A DNA stretch of 63,947 bases, filler included, from Octopus bimaculoides (Eukaryota): assembly GCF_001194135.2 (NCBI RefSeq). It is 7 parts of 7 records of this genome, joined end to end, with 100 filler letters (N's around TTAATTAATTAA, not from the genome) between each part and the next. Parts side by side here need not be neighbours in the genome. Positions count along the whole stretch, not along the records: positions 58,692 to 63,947 come from NC_068996.1; 6 more parts are not named here. One strand, 5' to 3'. Numbering within the stretch: position 1 is the stretch's first letter; each line of letters starts with the position of its first letter. Under the pieces are notes generated by a model. That model did no database searches. It had not been told where the DNA came from and was given only the letters and a program-made list of their open reading frames with translations. Below, piece after piece: positions 59,320-63,947 of the stretch. Both the position numbers and the translations under genes were made by a program.

Positions 59320-60127
59320 ACTTGTATCATGATGATTCGCGACGTGTATAAAAAAGCCGACATCATGACCGATGTTCAAAGCTCTATGAACATTATAAAG
59401 GTTGTAAGACAAGGCTAGGACAGCTGCAACGGAGACTACGAAACCATGCCCAGCGGGTAGAAGTACAGCAGGCAATCTGAATGCGTCTCCAGGACAATGT
59501 AATAGAAGAATCAACCAAGGGAATTTAAGCTTTGACAACAGAGGTGAATGCTGGAGTCGCTATTACTCGTAAAAGTGGTACAAAGGACATAGTCTGGCAG
59601 CCAAGGTCAAAAAGGGCCGCTTGCGGTATCTTCTCAGATAAAAAGAACTTCTACTAGGACCAGTTGCACCACACACATACACAGCAACAGGTGTCTTACC
59701 TACAATCCATATGATGTCCTATGTATCATGAAAACCAAGTTTCCCCAAACTGTGATGGTCAATAGGTGTGTCTCCAGAGAGAATGACGTCATGCCACCCC
59801 ACATCTTTGAACAGGGCCTTAGGCTCAATTCAGATGGTTATGTGAAGCTGCTGGAAGGCCATATTGCGTTGCAGTAGGATTCGGATCCTTGCCACACCTT
59901 CGGAAAGAGGCAGAAGTGGTTATCGGAGTATTTCTATAACTTCACCGCTCCAATTTCTGGCCTCCCAATACCTCCCATGGATTACTATGTGTGGAACAGG
60001 CTTGAGAAAGACACCAACTGCTCTGCCTGCAACAACAAGGCCAAGCTGGTGATCAAGATCAAGGAGTTATTCGAAGTTCTTCTCAGGGACATACTAGGTT
60101 CTGGAGCTGTCTTGAAGCCGTGATAGA
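59320..60127 (+). pseudogene. Tc1/mariner-superfamily (maT/DD37D-like) transposase remnant
   Basis: KTKFPQTVMV..CVSRENDVMPPHIFEQGLRLNSDGYVKLLE and FWPPNT..PMDYYVWNRLEKDTN...NNKAKLVIKIKELF; truncated by the gap. The subfamily assignment is tentative. Confidence 0.75.
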
Positions 60128-60755
60128 NNNNNNNNNNNNNNNNNNNNNNNNNNNNNNNNNNNNNNNNNNNNNNNNNNNNNNNNNNNNNNNNNNNNNNNNN
60201 NNNNNNNNNNNNNNNNNNNNNNNNNNNNNNNNNNNNNNNNNNNNNNNNNNNNNNNNNNNNNNNNNNNNNNNNNNNNNNNNNNNNNNNNNNNNNNNNNNNN
60301 NNNNNNNNNNNNNNNNNNNNNNNNNNNNNNNNNNNNNNNNNNNNNNNNNNNNNNNNNNNNNNNNNNNNNNNNNNNNNNNNNNNNNNNNNNNNNNNNNNNN
60401 NNNNNNNNNNNNNNNNNNNNNNNNNNNNNNNNNNNNNNNNNNNNNNNNNNNNNNNNNNNNNNNNNNNNNNNNNNNNNNNNNNNNNNNNNNNNNNNNNNNN
60501 NNNNNNNNNNNNNNNNNNNNNNNNNNNNNNNNNNNNNNNNNNNNNNNNNNNNNNNNNNNNNNNNNNNNNNNNNNNNNNNNNNNNNNNNNNNNNNNNNNNN
60601 NNNNNNNNNNNNNNNNNNNNNNNNNNNNNNNNNNNNNNNNNNNNNNNNNNNNNNNNNNNNNNNNNNNNNNNNNNNNNNNNNNNNNNNNNNNNNNNNNNNN
60701 NNNNNNNNNNNNNNNNNNNNNNNNNNNNNNNNNNNNNNNGACACACACACACACA

Positions 60756-60799
<44 letters not shown>

Positions 60800-60804
<5 letters not shown>

Positions 60805-60955
60805 CATGCTCCTTTCAGTTTCCATCTATCAAATCCATTCACTTTGGTCGGCTCGAGGTTATAGTAGAAGACACTTGCCTAAGACGCAACTCTGTGGGAC
60901 TGAAACCGGAACCATATGGTTTGGAAGCCAACTTCTTACCACACAGCCACATCTG
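60800..60955 (-). mobile_element. SINE family B, 5' part
   Basis: CTCCTTTCAGTTTCC...ACCACACAGCCACAT. Confidence 0.75.
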
Positions 60956-61004
60956 TACATACATACATACATACATACAGACAATCAGACAGACAGACAG
61001 ACAG

Positions 61005-61119
<115 letters not shown>

Positions 61120-61212
61120 CGGGAAAAACAGGAAAAATAGAACTCAAAAATGAGTATATTCTCTCGGACCTTGAGTCACTCTGTTACTTCTGCTGAATAT
61201 ATATATATGTAC

Positions 61213-61630
61213 AGGCGCAGGAGTGGCTGTGTGGTAAGTAGCTTGCTTACCAACCACATGGTTCTGGGTTCAGTCCCACTGCGTGGCATCTTGGGCAAGT
61301 GTCTTCTACTAAAGTTTCAGGCCGACCAAAGCCTTGTGAGTGGATTTGGTAGACGGAAACTGAAAGAAGCCCGTCGTATATATGTATATATATATGTGTG
61401 TTTGTGTGTCTGTGTTTGTCCCCCCAACATCGCTTGACATCGCTTGACATACAGGCGCACGTCTGTATGTTCTCACCGCTTAATAACTGGTGTTAGTTTG
61501 TATCTACCACCACCTGTAACTTAGTGGTTCGGTAAAAGAACTGATAGAATTAGTACAAGACTCATAAAAAATAGATACTGAAGTTGATTTCTTCCACCTG
61601 ATACTTAAAAGCAGTGCCCCGACATGGGTG
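61213..61630 (+). mobile_element. SINE family B, full length
   Basis: AGGCGCAGGAGTGGCTGTGTGGTAAG head; the 3' half is more diverged. Confidence 0.9.
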
Positions 61631-62439
61631 GATTCCAATAACTGTGTGCGTGTGTGTGTGTGTGCGCGCGCACGTGTGCGTGTGTGTGTGTGCGTGCGTG
61701 AGTGTGTGTGTGTGTGTGAGTGTGTGTGTGTGTGCTCGCGCGTGTGTGTGTGTACATTAAAATACGTGCGCGCGCGCGCGCGTGCATGTGTATATACATA
61801 AGGAGTCTAAATATATAAACTTAGATACCTAATATATGTCTTTTAACTTCTACTCGTTCCAGTCTTTGAACTGCTGCCATGCTAGGCCACTGTCTTGTGG
61901 GCCTTTTAGCCGATTCCAGTACTTATTCGTTAAAAACCTGGTACTTTCTCGGTATCTTTTGACAGAACTCTGTGTTAGGGAAGCGTAAATAAACCGACAC
62001 CGGTTGTCAAGGAATGGGAAGGGACAAATATAAACACAGAGACACAAAAACATATAGATATACACGCACACGCGCACACACATATATAGATGTGATATAT
62101 CAAAACAGGAGATTGAAAAATATTTTTGATATTATTTATTCATCATTACACATGTTTCTCATGCTAATACTAGTTACAAAGTTGTACATGTAGGAAAAAC
62201 ATGTAAGATATCTCCTGTTTGAAATTCTTCAGACAAATAATACAGTAGTACATACGTATGTATATGTTCACAATAAAGAGACGGTCCTCAATATAACAGC
62301 CAAAATCTCCCTCAAATCATACCACTGGAGTATTAAAACGACTCCTTTGGACCAACAACTGCATCTTTCCGCTTTGAAAATTCTAGAAAACACGGCCAAA
62401 ATCCGACCAAATATGCACAGAACCCCTTAGTAACTTACT

Positions 62440-62725
62440 CTAACCCTAACCGTATCCAAACCCCTGAGCCTAACCCAAATGATTAACACCTCTCCTAACA
62501 CCCCTCAGTCTAACCCAAACCACTAAACCTCTCCTAAGACTCCTAAGCCTAACCCAAACCCATAATCCTGACCCAAATCACTAACCGTAATTCTAACTCA
62601 CAAGTACAGCGCTTCCTTGTACAACCTTATCCTTGAAACTTACACTTGAAGCTTGCTCTAACACTTACCCTAAGGCTAAACCATAATCCCTTCTTCTAAC
62701 CCTAACCTTAAACCTAACCCTAATT
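62440..62725 (-). repeat. Degenerate (CCTAAC)n/TTAGGG-like tract
   Basis: CTAACCCTAACC, CCTAACCCAAA and CCTAACCCTAA recur. Confidence 0.75.
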
Positions 62726-62869
62726 CACAAGTATAGTATTTTTTTTTGTAACATGCTGCGACGCGAACCCAAAGCCTAACGGTAGCCCTTAATCTCACAG
62801 GTACACTACTCCCTTTGATGCCTAACCGCAAACTTTTTGGTTACTTCACGTCAAATATCTCTCGTCCTT

Positions 62870-63030
62870 TCCGTCATTTTGCTTCAGCGGCAAGAGGGGT
62901 TTCTGGGTCACATCGTTCGTTCAAATAATAAGTTCTGCATTCTCTTAACTGCAGGGTATGCTTCAAAAGAGGGTTTTGTGAGAGGTAGATATAGTGATCT
63001 TTATATAAAAAAAGGAAAACGAGGGAGATA
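62870..63030 (+). pseudogene. Decayed RTE/BovB-type ORF C-terminus
   Basis: LLQRQEGFLGHIVRS...LLTAG...VRGR resembles the R.L.FLGHI.R....L.G...G.R.RGR terminal motif. Confidence 0.5.
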
Positions 63031-63104
63031 GAATATAACAGATATGGATATACAGAGATAAGAAAGATACATATTGAGGTGGAATTTTGACTGCTATTTC
63101 CAAC

Positions 63105-63152
63105 ATGTATCATAAGATGTATCATAAGATGTATCATAAGATGTATCATAAG
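63105..63152. repeat. 12-bp perfect tandem repeat x4 (ATGTATCATAAG)
   Basis: Directly visible. Confidence 0.95.
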
Positions 63153-63441
63153 ATGCAGGGGAATGATAGCAAATACAGATGGAGCTGTTGTTTCTATCGA
63201 TATTTTAAAGTTATGTATATATAAGTACTCGTGTACGTATATTTGTTCTTTGTGTATATATATGTGTGTATGTATACACAAGTATATATATATATGCATA
63301 TATATACACATATACATATGTATACAAATATATTTATATATACTTGTATATATATGTAAATATATTTACAGACACATGTGTCTATGTATGTGTGTGTGTA
63401 CACATATACATATATAACCTAAAATGATAAAATAATGATGA

Positions 63442-63504
<63 letters not shown>

Positions 63505-63518
63505 AAATAATAATAATA

Positions 63519-63556
<38 letters not shown>

Positions 63557-63886
63557 ACACACCCTCACACATCAACACACCTTAAATTTACTTTTAAAAA
63601 AAGATTTCCGCCATATTGAAAGAGCCGCCATTACTATATAAACACCCGTATGTATGTGAGTGTTTTTTTATCATATCAGATATAAAAGACCGCTTATATC
63701 GTTATATCACGAATGTTTTTATATATCATCTGATAGCCTGGGTATACATGTGTGTGAGTATGTGTATGTGCGTGCGCGTGAACGTGCGTGCGTGTCTGCG
63801 TGTGTGTATTAAGTATGGTTGATATGTATAGGATTCAGTGTGTTATCTTGTACAAAATCGGTGATGTTTGCTATTTCTGATGTTCT

Positions 63887-63947
<61 letters not shown>

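Overview
AT-rich, microsatellite-rich animal genomic DNA from a gappy draft assembly. The SINE families look cephalopod, most likely Octopus (recognised from memory, not searched). Six 100-bp spacers (44 N + TTAATTAATTAA + 44 N) are assembly artefacts, so the window is seven joined pieces whose relative order and orientation are unverified. No host gene can be called with confidence. There are a few candidate exons and one CpG-rich promoter-like island at about 17.37 kb. Nearly all ORFs in the supplied track are N-runs or microsatellite translations. The real content is decayed mobile DNA: four tRNA-derived SINE families; hAT elements (a ZMYM1-like transposase fossil with nested MITEs and a SINE, and a Buster-type remnant); Tc1/mariner elements; R4/Dong-like, RTE and CR1/L2-like LINE fragments; and several Penelope-like element (PLE) pieces. 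The most interesting signal is a set of minimal type-I hammerhead ribozyme motifs of unrelated sequence. Two are near-intact (154-199 and 28798-28842). One sits just upstream of a PLE ORF (27459-27503), and a second copy of that terminus starts at the predicted cleavage site. Three lie in a head-to-tail ~0.4-0.5 kb retrozyme/pLTR-like array (39.5-41.2 kb), and there is a decayed inverted pair at 53.2 kb. All of these were folded by eye and need computational and biochemical confirmation.
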